Origin: Elusimicrobiota bacterium
Lineage (GTDB): Bacteria; CG03; SLGR01; JBDRKX01
Assembly: GCA_043813605.1 (NCBI GenBank)
Contig: JBDRKX010000056.1
Span: 1 to 39,319 of the forward strand
DNA: 39,319 nt
Direction: 5' to 3'
In this document: piece after piece, positions 27,921 through 37,907 of the stretch
How the letters are laid out: the number at the start of each line of letters is the position of its first letter
How positions within the stretch are numbered: position 1 is the stretch's first letter
The notes under the pieces: generated by a model
Databases searched by the model: none
Seen by the model: only the letters and a program-made list of their open reading frames with translations
Told to the model about the DNA's origin: nothing
Made by a program: the position numbers and the translations under genes

Positions 27921-28460
27921 TTGGTTCTTAGGATCACTTCGGGAACTTATAAAAACCGGGTACTGGCCTCAATACCGGGAAAAGGGTTCAGGCCCCTGTC
28001 TGAGAGAATGAAACTTGCTTTGTTTTCGGCGATCGGTGATAAGATACACGGAGTAAGGTTCCTGGATCTTTTTGCCGGGACCGGCAATGTAGGTCTTGAA
28101 GCGCTTTCGAGGGGCGCGGCTTCTGTCACATTCGTTGAGCAATACAGGGATAAAATAGACCTCATAAAGCGTAATACGGATTTTATCGGAAAACCGGAGG
28201 AAATAACGATAATCCAGTCAGATGTCCTGAGTTTTCATACAGAAGAAGAGTATGATATAATATTCGCGGGTCCTCCATATAAAGCTAATATAGGCACGGA
28301 AATACTTTCTCACCTCAGAGACAGTAAAATAATGAGTTCCGGAGTAGTGCTTATATTGCAGCGTCATTACAGAGAAAGACCCGATACGGCCGGATATACC
28401 GGGATACGCAGCAGCAGATACGGTATTACTTGTCTGGATTTCCTGAAACTCGATTCTTGA
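27921..28460 (+). CDS. rsmD: 16S rRNA m2G966 methyltransferase RsmD-like
   Basis: LRITSG, RPLSERMK.ALF, LDLFAGTG, EALSRGA, GPPY, RYG. Confidence 0.88.
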   Translation: MVLRITSGTYKNRVLASIPGKGFRPLSERMKLALFSAIGDKIHGVRFLDLFAGTGNVGLEALSRGAASVTFVEQYRDKIDLIKRNTDFIGKPEEITIIQSDVLSFHTEEEYDIIFAGPPYKANIGTEILSHLRDSKIMSSGVVLILQRHYRERPDTAGYTGIRSSRYGITCLDFLKLDS

Positions 28461-28485
28461 AAAGAATAATTTTGTTTGGTATATT
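28457..28485 (+). promoter_or_regulatory. Possible sigma70 promoter with extended -10
   Basis: TTGAAA, 17 bp spacer, TATATT preceded by TGn. Confidence 0.45.
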
Positions 28486-28512
28486 CTATTTTATTTAGTA
28501 TATTTTAATAAT

Positions 28513-29703
28513 ATGAAAAGTATATTTGTTTTGTTAACGGTTCTGATCAGTACCCTTCCGGGATGTTTTACGAAATCGGAAAAGTTTTCCGGGAGGATAA
28601 GAGAAAACACGATCTGGCAGGGAAGGATAGTGCTGGAAGGGGATGTGTATGTAGAACCGGGCGTGAAACTCACGGTGCTTCCCGGTACCGTTATCACGTA
28701 TATGCGGGGAGAAATAAAACATGAAATACAGAGGTTGAGGAATTTTGACGGGCATACATATGACTTATTTGAAGAAAACAAGACGGAAATTATTGTCGCA
28801 GGCGACATAGATGTCAGGGGTACTGCCGGTATGCCGGTCAGGATCCAGGCGCCGGCTAAAGACAGACAAAAAGCTAACGGTATTAATTTTATCGGGCATC
28901 GCAGTTCATCGACCATAGAGAATCTGATCATTACCGGCGGTTATGTGGGGATAAGGATTTATGACAGCAGGGCTCCTGTATTAAGCAGCGTGACGGTAAC
29001 AGGCTGTATGGCGGGCGGTATAGGATGCTGGGACAGAAGCGCCCCGGTTATTTCCCGGGCGACAGTCTACGAAAACAAATATGGAATAGGCGCATCTGAT
29101 GTTTCAAGCCCGGTTATATCCGCCAGTAAAATAACAAACAATCGCGCGGCCGGTCTTTTTTTTGAAGGACAGAGTACCGGTATGGTTACAGATTCGCTGA
29201 TATCGGGAAATAATGTCGGTATCGCCGTGGGTGATCAGTCAAATGCATCGGTTTTGCGGAGTACGATTACTGCAAACGGTTCCGGAGTCGGATGCTGGAA
29301 TGAGGCATCTCCGGTAATACAGGACAATATTTTTGCGACAAATATAGTAGGTGTGCTTATGCTGGATGAATCTGCGCCGATGGTTGAAGGAAACGTACTG
29401 AGGAATAATGGCGGAGGGCTGACAGTATCTGACAATGCTTCAGGAAAGATATCCGTAAACAGATTTGAGAGAAACGGTCCCGGGATAATATCATCGGGAA
29501 AGGCCAGCACTGTGATTGAGGGGAATATACTGGAAGGCAACAGGTACGGTATAATGGCAGAAAACAGGACCAGGTCTAAGATACATTTGAATAACTTTAT
29601 TGGCAACCAGGTAGGTATCTTGATAAGCGATTATGCAAAACCGTCTCTTGATAAGAATGAGTTTAAAGACAACGGCAGCGACCTTGTTGACAGCAGGTTG
29701 TGA
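28513..29703 (+). CDS. Predicted lipoprotein with right-handed parallel beta-helix repeats
   Basis: Signal peptide ending LPGC; repeated S.P.I..N.I..N..GI units. Confidence 0.8.
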   Translation: MKSIFVLLTVLISTLPGCFTKSEKFSGRIRENTIWQGRIVLEGDVYVEPGVKLTVLPGTVITYMRGEIKHEIQRLRNFDGHTYDLFEENKTEIIVAGDIDVRGTAGMPVRIQAPAKDRQKANGINFIGHRSSSTIENLIITGGYVGIRIYDSRAPVLSSVTVTGCMAGGIGCWDRSAPVISRATVYENKYGIGASDVSSPVISASKITNNRAAGLFFEGQSTGMVTDSLISGNNVGIAVGDQSNASVLRSTITANGSGVGCWNEASPVIQDNIFATNIVGVLMLDESAPMVEGNVLRNNGGGLTVSDNASGKISVNRFERNGPGIISSGKASTVIEGNILEGNRYGIMAENRTRSKIHLNNFIGNQVGILISDYAKPSLDKNEFKDNGSDLVDSRL

Positions 29704-29708
29704 GGTGA

Positions 29709-30491
29709 ATGATGATAAGGAAAGCGGCGGTAATCTATAATGATAAGAAGGCAGAGGCCGCTGTCATAGCGGCCAGGGTAAGAGAACTGCTCGCAGCTGA
29801 AAAGGTTATTTTCAGCGAGGGAAGTATTGATCCTGATACGGAACTGCTGATAAGTATCGGGGGGGACGGTACGCTTCTGAGGACAGCCAGGCTCCTTCAC
29901 GATTTAGATATACCCATAGCACATATAAACGTCGGAACGCTCGGATTCCTCGGATACGCGCCGGCTGATGCCGCTGAATATGTAAAAAAACTGCTCTATG
30001 CTGATTTCGCGGTTGAAGAAAGATTGATGATAGAAGCTTCTACCGGCAATACGACATTCAGGGCATTAAACGATATTGTGATCAAGAACGGTGATACTGC
30101 GCGTATGATAAGTATTGAACTTTTTATCGATGACAAGAAAGTGTACAGCATAAACGGCGACGGTGTTATCATATCAACCCCGACAGGTTCTACCGCGTAT
30201 TCTCTTGCATCCGGCGGGCCGGTAGTAGAGCCCGGTCTGGGAATCATTGTTATTACACCACTGAGTCCGCATACGCTTTCAACCCGGCCGCTTATTGTCG
30301 GAGATATCAACATTAAAATTGTATCTACAAGGGATGATGATAAGATCGTTCTTACAGCAGACGGACAGATAACACATATGATTGAATCTGCCGACAAGAT
30401 TAATATTTCTGCTGCGCCGCAAAAACTGAAACTCGTCAAAAGTGAAGAGGATTTTTTCAGCCTGCTTTCGCGGAAACTGGGTTGGGGGTGA
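29709..30491 (+). CDS. nadK: NAD kinase
   Basis: GGDGTLL, GTLGFL, ALND, DGVIISTPTGSTAYSLASGGP. Confidence 0.96.
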   Translation: MMIRKAAVIYNDKKAEAAVIAARVRELLAAEKVIFSEGSIDPDTELLISIGGDGTLLRTARLLHDLDIPIAHINVGTLGFLGYAPADAAEYVKKLLYADFAVEERLMIEASTGNTTFRALNDIVIKNGDTARMISIELFIDDKKVYSINGDGVIISTPTGSTAYSLASGGPVVEPGLGIIVITPLSPHTLSTRPLIVGDINIKIVSTRDDDKIVLTADGQITHMIESADKINISAAPQKLKLVKSEEDFFSLLSRKLGWG

Positions 30492-30493
30492 GG

Positions 30494-32164
30494 ATGAAGA
30501 CCAGGAAGGGTATTCTGCTCGAAACTCTTAAAATAGAGAATTTTGCGCTCCTGGAGTCTGCATTTCTCGAGATAGGCCCGGGATTCAATGTTATTAGCGG
30601 CCAGACCGGGGCAGGAAAATCAATACTGATAGGAGCATTGAGCATGGTGCTGGGTGAATGGGTCGGCAAAGAAATAGTCAGGAAAGACGCTGATGCCTGT
30701 GAAGTTGAAGCGGTCTTCTCCGGTGAGATAGAGGAAGATATCGCTGAATTCCTTGAGAAAAAAGACCTCTGTACCGAGATGCTCATATTGCGCAGGAAAT
30801 TCTATGCAAAAGGGATGAGCAAATGTTACATCAATGACCGGCGTGTTACCCTCTCGTCTTTGAGTGAACTGGGTAACCTCCTCATAGATATCCATTCTCA
30901 GAATGATCATCAGGCGCTGCTTAAAAAGAAAAACCAGATGAAGATATTAGACAGGTTCGCCGGAAATGAAGAATCAGTATGCAATGTGCGCAAAGAATGG
31001 GGGCGACTTTTAGACCTTAAGAAGAAAAAAGAAGAAAAAACGATTTTCATGGAGAATACACAGAAAGAGATCGAAAGATTGAAATATGAGATCGAAGAGA
31101 TCGATGCTGCATGCCTTAGATCAGGTATCGAAGAAGAAATAGAGCAGGATTTTTTGATACTCTCAAATGCCGATATGCTGGATTCGGGAATAAAAGAATT
31201 AACAGGAATGCTCTATGAAGATGATGATGCTGTTGTGGAAAGGCTTTCTTCTGCATCAAAAAAACTGGATGAACTATGTCATGTCGACGGCAGATTCGGC
31301 AATTTCCGGGAAACTATAGAAAAAGCAGTCTGCGAGATAGAATCAGTCTGCGAGAATCTGCGTTCTTACAGGGCAGGCTCCGAATTTGACAGCGGCCGGC
31401 TCGAAGAGGTGCTTATCCAGAAAAACCGGCTGTCGGACCTTAAAAGGAAATACGGACAGGAGATAGATTCCGTTCTGGAATACAGGGACAAAATTGCAAA
31501 ACAGATATCAGAGTATGATGATTTCACCGGGAAAATACAAGAAGTTGATTCTGATATCTCGGTTTCACGGAAAAAACTGGAGAAGCTTAACAGCGTGCTT
31601 TCGGCCGGCAGGAAAAATGGCGCCCAGAAACTATCACAAGCGGTTAAGGAAGAACTGGGATTTCTTGGAATGGAAGGCGCGCAATTCACAATCCGCCTGG
31701 ATCCTGCTGAACAGGGTTATTCGGGAAAGGAAACGGTCGAGTTCCTGATCAAGACCAACCCGGGCCAGTCTGAAATGGAGCTTGCTAAAATCGCATCAGG
31801 CGGAGAAATATCAAGAGTGATGCTTGCTCTCAAGTCGGTGCTGGCAGGAAACGATAATATACCGCTGCTTGTATTTGATGAGATCGATGCAGGTATAGGC
31901 GCAACAGTTGCCGGTAATGTGGGTAAAGAGATAAAAAACCTCTCGTGCTTTCATCAAGTGATAGTGATCACGCATCTTCCGCAGATAGCTGGATGCGCGG
32001 ATGTCCATATTAAGGTTTCAAAACAGACCAGTAATGGAGTTACACGGACAGTCATAGAAAGACTCGAAGAAAACGCGAGGGTAAAAGAAATTGAGAGGAT
32101 GTTCGGCGGGAAGGAAGGTGCCGGTTTTGAAGAACAGGCCCGCCGTATATTAAGCAACAGCTGA
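30494..32164 (+). CDS. recN: DNA repair protein RecN
   Basis: LKIENFA, GQTGAGKS, HSQNDHQ, ASGGEISR, FDEID, ITHLPQIA. Confidence 0.97.
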   Translation: MKTRKGILLETLKIENFALLESAFLEIGPGFNVISGQTGAGKSILIGALSMVLGEWVGKEIVRKDADACEVEAVFSGEIEEDIAEFLEKKDLCTEMLILRRKFYAKGMSKCYINDRRVTLSSLSELGNLLIDIHSQNDHQALLKKKNQMKILDRFAGNEESVCNVRKEWGRLLDLKKKKEEKTIFMENTQKEIERLKYEIEEIDAACLRSGIEEEIEQDFLILSNADMLDSGIKELTGMLYEDDDAVVERLSSASKKLDELCHVDGRFGNFRETIEKAVCEIESVCENLRSYRAGSEFDSGRLEEVLIQKNRLSDLKRKYGQEIDSVLEYRDKIAKQISEYDDFTGKIQEVDSDISVSRKKLEKLNSVLSAGRKNGAQKLSQAVKEELGFLGMEGAQFTIRLDPAEQGYSGKETVEFLIKTNPGQSEMELAKIASGGEISRVMLALKSVLAGNDNIPLLVFDEIDAGIGATVAGNVGKEIKNLSCFHQVIVITHLPQIAGCADVHIKVSKQTSNGVTRTVIERLEENARVKEIERMFGGKEGAGFEEQARRILSNS

Positions 32165-32214
32165 TATCCCGGGTAGACTGCCCGGGGAAGTATTTAAGCT
32201 GAAGGTAGGAAACA

Positions 32215-32661
32215 ATGAGAAAAGCTAATTTAGATGATGTGAAGAAGATACACGAACTCATAAGCGATTTTGCCGGCAAAGGGCTCATGCTGCCGCGTCC
32301 GCTGAATATGATCTATGAGAACATAAGGGATTTCTGGGTAATAGAAGATGACGGTCAGATATCCGGCTGCTGCGCACTTCATTCCATGTGGGAAAATATG
32401 GCTGAGATAAAATCTTTGGCGGTAAGGAAGGATTGTCACGGCAAAGGTTACGGAAAAGAACTGGTCGCATCATGTCATAGAGAAGCGGAGGAACTGCATA
32501 TCCGGAAACTCTTTGCATTGACGTATATCCCGGAATTTTTTGAAAAATTCGGTTATGTCAGGAGAGAAAAGGAGACCATGCCGCATAAAATATGGTCGGA
32601 ATGCATAAACTGCCCGCATTTCCCGGATTGTGATGAAATCCTGGTAGTAAAAGAATTATGA
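32215..32661 (+). CDS. GNAT N-acetyltransferase (short ArgA-like amino-acid acetyltransferase)
   Basis: MLPRP, AEIKSLAV, GKGYG, FALTY, PHKIWSECINC...CDE. Confidence 0.85.
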   Translation: MRKANLDDVKKIHELISDFAGKGLMLPRPLNMIYENIRDFWVIEDDGQISGCCALHSMWENMAEIKSLAVRKDCHGKGYGKELVASCHREAEELHIRKLFALTYIPEFFEKFGYVRREKETMPHKIWSECINCPHFPDCDEILVVKEL

Positions 32662-32861
32662 GTATTATAGATTTTTCTATAGGAGTATTTGTAATGCTTA
32701 TGGGTTTCGGATTCCTGTACAGGCCGAACAAAGTGCAGCAGGTAAACCGCTGGATAAGAGATAATATTTTCAATGACAGGCTGCTCTTAATACACAGAAG
32801 GCGAGTGGGAGTTATGCTCATATTCCTCGGAGCAGCAGTCATATATTTTGCATTGAAATAA
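32658..32861 (+). CDS. Small two-helix membrane protein, unknown function
   Basis: ATGA overlap with the GNAT gene; two hydrophobic segments. Confidence 0.65.
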   Translation: MSIIDFSIGVFVMLMGFGFLYRPNKVQQVNRWIRDNIFNDRLLLIHRRRVGVMLIFLGAAVIYFALK

Positions 32862-32914
32862 ACATAATCCTTAAAACAGTGAAATACCACGGCTGATAAT
32901 AAAACAATTAGAAA

Positions 32915-34321
32915 ATGATCGCAATACCTATAACAGCACCGACAGTAAGAGAAGCCGCAGAAGATATCAGGTATGCCGGGAAAACCGATATCCTGGAACT
33001 CAGGCTTGACCTTATTGAAGATATTAATGATTCCGGGCTTAAAGAACTTCTCCGCCTGACTGAGAATAAGGTGATAGTCACTGACAGGAAGCAGAGGCGA
33101 AACCTGATCGAGCTTGCAATTGAGCATGAAGCGGATTTCATCGATATGGATATCACCATGGGTAAAGATATTATCCGGGAGATCTCAGGCATTATGAAGA
33201 AAACAAGATCTATCGTCTCGTATCATGACTTTGAAAAAACCGATGAAAAGATCATCAGCACTGTATATGAACAGATATCCGGGCTGAATCCGCATATTAT
33301 TAAAATAGTCTCATTCGCCAATTCTATAGCAGATAACAGGGTAATATTCGATTTGATAGCCAGGGCAAGGAATGATAGTAATCGCATAATTGCGCTCTGT
33401 ATGGGTGAGAAGGGTATTATATCCAGGATACTGGCGACATTCTTAGGCGCCGAGTTGACTTTCGGAAGTCTTAGGGAAGGAAGAGAGTCGGCACCCGGGC
33501 AGATCACGGCCGAAATGCTAAAGAACCTGTACGGAGTGGGTAATCTCAGGTCTCCTTCCATATTCGGTCTTGTGGGAAATCCTGTCGCGCACAGCAGAGG
33601 GACATATGTTCACAACAGGGCATTCAGAGAACTTGGTCTTGAAAATATATATGTGAATTTCCTTGTTGATGACCTGGGTGTGTTCATGGACAAATACAGG
33701 GATATGATATCGGGACTGAGTGTAACAATCCCGTTTAAGCAGGAGATAATGAAGTATGTTGACTCTGTAGAACCCGATGCTGCAAAGATAGGGGCTGTCA
33801 ATACTGTAGTTAAAAACGGTAACGTACTTACGGGATGTAATACGGATATGGCCGGCGCAATCGATGCAATAAAAGAAAAACAGGATATCGCGGGTAAGAA
33901 TGTAGCGATTATCGGCGCCGGCGGAGCAGCCAGAGCAATAGCCTATGGGATAATAAAAGAATCCGGTAACCTGACGGTAATCAACAGAACTGTCGAGAAA
34001 GCAGAAAAGCTTGCAGGTGAACTGGGTTGCAGGTACGGTGATTTTGACAGTATGGACAGTCTGAAAGACATCGATCTATTGATAAATGCAACTTCTATAG
34101 GGATGCATCCGGATGTAGACAGAACGCCTGTAGCAAGGGAAAAACTAAAAAAATTAGCCGGTGCCGATTGTGTCGTTTTTGATTCAGTATACAATCCGGC
34201 AAAAACAAGACTTCTGAAAGATGCTGCTGAATTGGGGCTGGAAACGGTGACCGGCGAAAAGATGTTCCTGAATCAGGCTGCCCGTCAGTTCAGGCTTTTT
34301 ACCGGTAGGGAGATGCCGTGA
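32915..34321 (+). CDS. aroDE: Fused type I 3-dehydroquinate dehydratase / shikimate dehydrogenase
   Basis: AroD part: ELRLD, SYHDF, IIKI, MGEKG.ISR, APGQ. AroE part: SVTIPFK, GAVNT, NTD, GAGGAA, NRT, VYNP. Confidence 0.95.
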   Translation: MIAIPITAPTVREAAEDIRYAGKTDILELRLDLIEDINDSGLKELLRLTENKVIVTDRKQRRNLIELAIEHEADFIDMDITMGKDIIREISGIMKKTRSIVSYHDFEKTDEKIISTVYEQISGLNPHIIKIVSFANSIADNRVIFDLIARARNDSNRIIALCMGEKGIISRILATFLGAELTFGSLREGRESAPGQITAEMLKNLYGVGNLRSPSIFGLVGNPVAHSRGTYVHNRAFRELGLENIYVNFLVDDLGVFMDKYRDMISGLSVTIPFKQEIMKYVDSVEPDAAKIGAVNTVVKNGNVLTGCNTDMAGAIDAIKEKQDIAGKNVAIIGAGGAARAIAYGIIKESGNLTVINRTVEKAEKLAGELGCRYGDFDSMDSLKDIDLLINATSIGMHPDVDRTPVAREKLKKLAGADCVVFDSVYNPAKTRLLKDAAELGLETVTGEKMFLNQAARQFRLFTGREMP

Positions 34322-35610
34322 GACTGATATCAGAAAGAACCCGGAAGCTTGAAGGCAGTATTGTTATTCCCGGCTCAAAGTCGCATACGATCAGAGCTGT
34401 TATTATCGCTTCGCTTGCAGATGGAACATCGAGGATTTTCAGCCCCCTGAGATCAGAAGATACAATGGCAGCTGTAAATGCCTGTATAGCTTTAGGAGCA
34501 GATATAAATACGAATAATCCGGATGAATGGATAATAACCGGATTCGGTAATTCACCGACCGCCCCATCCGGCCCCATAGATATGGGGAATTCAGGGACTT
34601 CAGCAAGATTAATTGCGGGTATCTGTTCACTATTCGATTTTGAGGTCGTTATTGACGGCGATGATTCTTTAAGATCAAGACCTATGCAGGAACTTTTAAA
34701 TGCATTGAATTCACTCGGTGCTGAAGCTGAATCAGTTAACGGTGACGGAAAATGTCCAATAAGAATAAAAGGAAAATTAAAGGGTGGTGAGGCAAGTATT
34801 AAAGGTATGACTTCACAGTATGTCTCATCTGTGCTTATTGCTGCTCCTGTTGCAGAGGGTGATACGGTCTTAACTGTTAGAGAACTGAATGAAATTCCTT
34901 ATGTATATATGACATTAAAATGGCTCAGGGAATCGGGAATAGAAATTGAAGCGGGACATGACGATCGTATTCCAGGATACCGGTATAGAATAAACGGTAA
35001 TCAAAAATATAGGCCATTTAAAAAATCTATACCGGCTGACTGGAGTTCAGCAACTTTTCCACTTGTTGCCGCTGCTGCAATAGATTCTGATGTATTATTA
35101 AAAGGTCTTGATATAAATGATCCCCAGGGAGATAAGGCAGTTGTGGAATTCCTTAAGAGTATGGGCGCGGATATAATCCAGGAAGAAAAGGGAATGAGAA
35201 TAAAAGGTAAACAGCTTACGGGCAGAGAACTTGATCTTAATAATACGCCGGACGCACTTCCCGCATTGGCTGTACTCGGATGTTCTGCCCGGGGAACAAC
35301 AAAACTTATTAATGTAGCGCAGGCGCGGATTAAAGAAACAGACCGTATTGCAGTAATGGCCGGTGAATTGTCAAAGATGGGTGCATCCATAGAGGAAAAA
35401 GAAGACGGGCTGGTAATCAATAACAGTGAATTGACCGGACTTGATGTTAATGGGTATAATGATCACAGAGTAGTCATGGCTCTGGCAGTTGCCGGTATGA
35501 CAGCGTCAGGTAAGACAGTGGTATCAACAGCCGAATCTATAAATGTGACTTTTCCGGGATTTGTTGACCTGATGAAAAGTCTGGGAGCAAAAATGAGATT
35601 GGAGGGATAA
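34318..35610 (+). CDS. aroA: 3-phosphoshikimate 1-carboxyvinyltransferase (EPSP synthase)
   Basis: PGSKS, GNSGT, SRPM, SQYVS, KETDR, DHRVVMA. Confidence 0.97.
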   Translation: MRLISERTRKLEGSIVIPGSKSHTIRAVIIASLADGTSRIFSPLRSEDTMAAVNACIALGADINTNNPDEWIITGFGNSPTAPSGPIDMGNSGTSARLIAGICSLFDFEVVIDGDDSLRSRPMQELLNALNSLGAEAESVNGDGKCPIRIKGKLKGGEASIKGMTSQYVSSVLIAAPVAEGDTVLTVRELNEIPYVYMTLKWLRESGIEIEAGHDDRIPGYRYRINGNQKYRPFKKSIPADWSSATFPLVAAAAIDSDVLLKGLDINDPQGDKAVVEFLKSMGADIIQEEKGMRIKGKQLTGRELDLNNTPDALPALAVLGCSARGTTKLINVAQARIKETDRIAVMAGELSKMGASIEEKEDGLVINNSELTGLDVNGYNDHRVVMALAVAGMTASGKTVVSTAESINVTFPGFVDLMKSLGAKMRLEG

Positions 35611-35614
35611 AACC

Positions 35615-36769
35615 ATGATGGGAAATACTTTCGGCAGATTATTCAGGATAACAACAGCAGGCGAATCGTATGGAAAAGGAAAAGGCTCGGGACTTGCTGT
35701 CATAGTGGACGGAGTACCGCCGGGATTGAAGATCACAAAAGAAGATATCCAGAAAGACCTGGATGCCAGAAAACCCGGTGTCGGGAAACTCAACAGTCCG
35801 CGTAAAGAGACTGATCAATGTGATATCTTTGCGGGATTGGGGCAGGATGGTGTTACCACCGGCGCCCCCCTGGGTATAATAATATATAATGTTGATACTC
35901 AGAATATCCATATAGAACAGTACAGGCAGTATAAAGATCTCTTCAGGCCGGGACATGCAGCCTACCCGTTTTTTATGAAATACGGTGAAGCCCAGGACTG
36001 GTGCGGTGCGGGCCGTGCGTCAGGAAGGGAAACTGTCGGAAGAGTAGCAGGCGGTGCAGTTGCAAGGTTCATACTCAACAGAGAGGGAATAGAGATACTT
36101 TCTTATACCAAAGAGTGTATGGGCATAAAGGCGAAAGATATGACATATGACGAGATCAAGGCCAATTTAAGAAAAAATGAAATAAACTGTCCTGATCTGG
36201 ATGCGGCAAAAATGATGGAAGAAGAAGTCCTCAGGATAAAAGATGAGGGAGATACGGCGGGTGGCACTATCGAGCTGATAGCCAGAAACGTACCTCCGGG
36301 ACTGGGTGAACCTGTATTTGATAAACTCAATGCCGTGATCGCCCATGCTCTGATGTCCATAGGCGCTGTAAAAGGGATAGAGTTCGGCGCGGGTTTCGGC
36401 GTTTCAAACATGAAGGGCTCAGAGAACAATGATCAGCCTTATCTGGATGAGAACGGTAAGGTAAGGTTTAAGACAAACAATGCAGGAGGGTTCCTCGGCG
36501 GGATGACAAATGGTGAAGATATAGTAGTGAGAATAGCAGTAAAACCTACTCCCACGATATCCGTGAAACAGACATCGATAAATATGGCCGATATGGCAGA
36601 AGAAGAACTGAGCCCTATAACAAGAAGGGATCCTACACTGGTAGGAAGACTATGGGCGGTGGCTGAAGCGATGATGGCCTGTGCGATACTTGATGCGTTG
36701 TATATGGCAAAAGGGTATGATGCCCTTGCAAAGCTGGATAAGAAATGGATGGACCTGAAAGAAAAATAG
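35615..36769 (+). CDS. aroC: Chorismate synthase
   Basis: GNTFG, GES, RPGHA, RASGRET, KGIEFG, NNAGG, KPTPTI. Confidence 0.97.
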   Translation: MMGNTFGRLFRITTAGESYGKGKGSGLAVIVDGVPPGLKITKEDIQKDLDARKPGVGKLNSPRKETDQCDIFAGLGQDGVTTGAPLGIIIYNVDTQNIHIEQYRQYKDLFRPGHAAYPFFMKYGEAQDWCGAGRASGRETVGRVAGGAVARFILNREGIEILSYTKECMGIKAKDMTYDEIKANLRKNEINCPDLDAAKMMEEEVLRIKDEGDTAGGTIELIARNVPPGLGEPVFDKLNAVIAHALMSIGAVKGIEFGAGFGVSNMKGSENNDQPYLDENGKVRFKTNNAGGFLGGMTNGEDIVVRIAVKPTPTISVKQTSINMADMAEEELSPITRRDPTLVGRLWAVAEAMMACAILDALYMAKGYDALAKLDKKWMDLKEK

Positions 36770-36818
36770 TAACCGGCCGGCTATCCGGATACTCTGAAAA
36801 AAACTGGAGGTCAGAAAA

Positions 36819-37907
36819 TTGTTGATCAATATAGATATACCCGGCCATCCGTATACTGTACGCGTCGGGGAAGATATAACTGAGTTCGGGAACAGGCTGA
36901 GGGAATTTTCCCGCAGTGAGAGGGCAGTGCTCATAACAAATGATAATCTCTGGCCGCTTTACGGGGACAGGCTTTTAGCGGCGCTTGCGGCAGCTTCATT
37001 TGAAGCGGCGGTTATAAAATTGCCGGACGGTGAAGAGTATAAGAAGCTTGATACGGTTAAAGATATTTATGAGAGACTGAGTTCTGATAAGATCGAGCGG
37101 TTTACTCCGGTGGTAGGTTTCGGCGGCGGTGTTGTAGGTGATATCGCGGGATTTGCGGCATCCACTTATTTGAGGGGTTTGCCCTTTTTTAATATTCCGA
37201 CAAGCCTGATCGCGCAGGTCGACAGTTCAGTGGGCGGGAAGACAGGGGTGAACCTGGAGTGCGGTAAGAACCTGGTAGGTACTTTTTATCAGCCGGATTA
37301 TGTACACATAGATATTGAGCTTCTGAACACACTCGATAAAAGAGAGTTGGTTTCAGGGTTTGCCGAAGTCATTAAACATGCATTTATCAAAGGAGACGAG
37401 TTTCTTCCTTATCTTGAAGAGAATATGGAAGCAGCTCTGGAACTTGATGCCGGCGTATTAGAACACATAGTATCAGCGTGTGTCAGAATAAAGGGGGAAA
37501 TCGTAATTGAAGATGAAAAAGAAAAAGGATTGAGAAGGGTACTCAATTTTGGGCATACACTGGGACACGGGCTTGAAGCCAGTATGGGCTACGGCAGGAT
37601 AAGGCATGGCGAAGGGATAGCTATTGGTATGGTAGCTGCTTCAGAGATCGCCGAACGGGTATACCCGGATAAAACGCCTAATTTGTTGGAAAGGATAAGG
37701 TCACTGCTTATTAGAGCCGGTCTTCCTGTAAGGATACCTGCTGAAGCAGATACTGAAGCTGTCCTTGAGGCGATGTGTCTTGACAAAAAAGTCCGCCATG
37801 GCAGCCTTGAATTCGTACTTCCCATGGGAACCGGCAAAATGGAGCCCGGAGTGGCAGTAGATAAAGATCTTGTTAAAGAAGTTATTAAGGAAATATATGA
37901 GAGCTAA
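36819..37907 (+). CDS. aroB: 3-dehydroquinate synthase
   Basis: GEEYK, GGGVVGD, PTSLIAQVDSSVGGKTG, LNFGHTLGH, HGE, DKK. Confidence 0.97.
   Translation: MLINIDIPGHPYTVRVGEDITEFGNRLREFSRSERAVLITNDNLWPLYGDRLLAALAAASFEAAVIKLPDGEEYKKLDTVKDIYERLSSDKIERFTPVVGFGGGVVGDIAGFAASTYLRGLPFFNIPTSLIAQVDSSVGGKTGVNLECGKNLVGTFYQPDYVHIDIELLNTLDKRELVSGFAEVIKHAFIKGDEFLPYLEENMEAALELDAGVLEHIVSACVRIKGEIVIEDEKEKGLRRVLNFGHTLGHGLEASMGYGRIRHGEGIAIGMVAASEIAERVYPDKTPNLLERIRSLLIRAGLPVRIPAEADTEAVLEAMCLDKKVRHGSLEFVLPMGTGKMEPGVAVDKDLVKEVIKEIYES

Noticed and set aside
32168..32187. Terminator after recN
   Set aside because: A GC-rich hairpin is present but has no U-tract, and the next gene follows closely.
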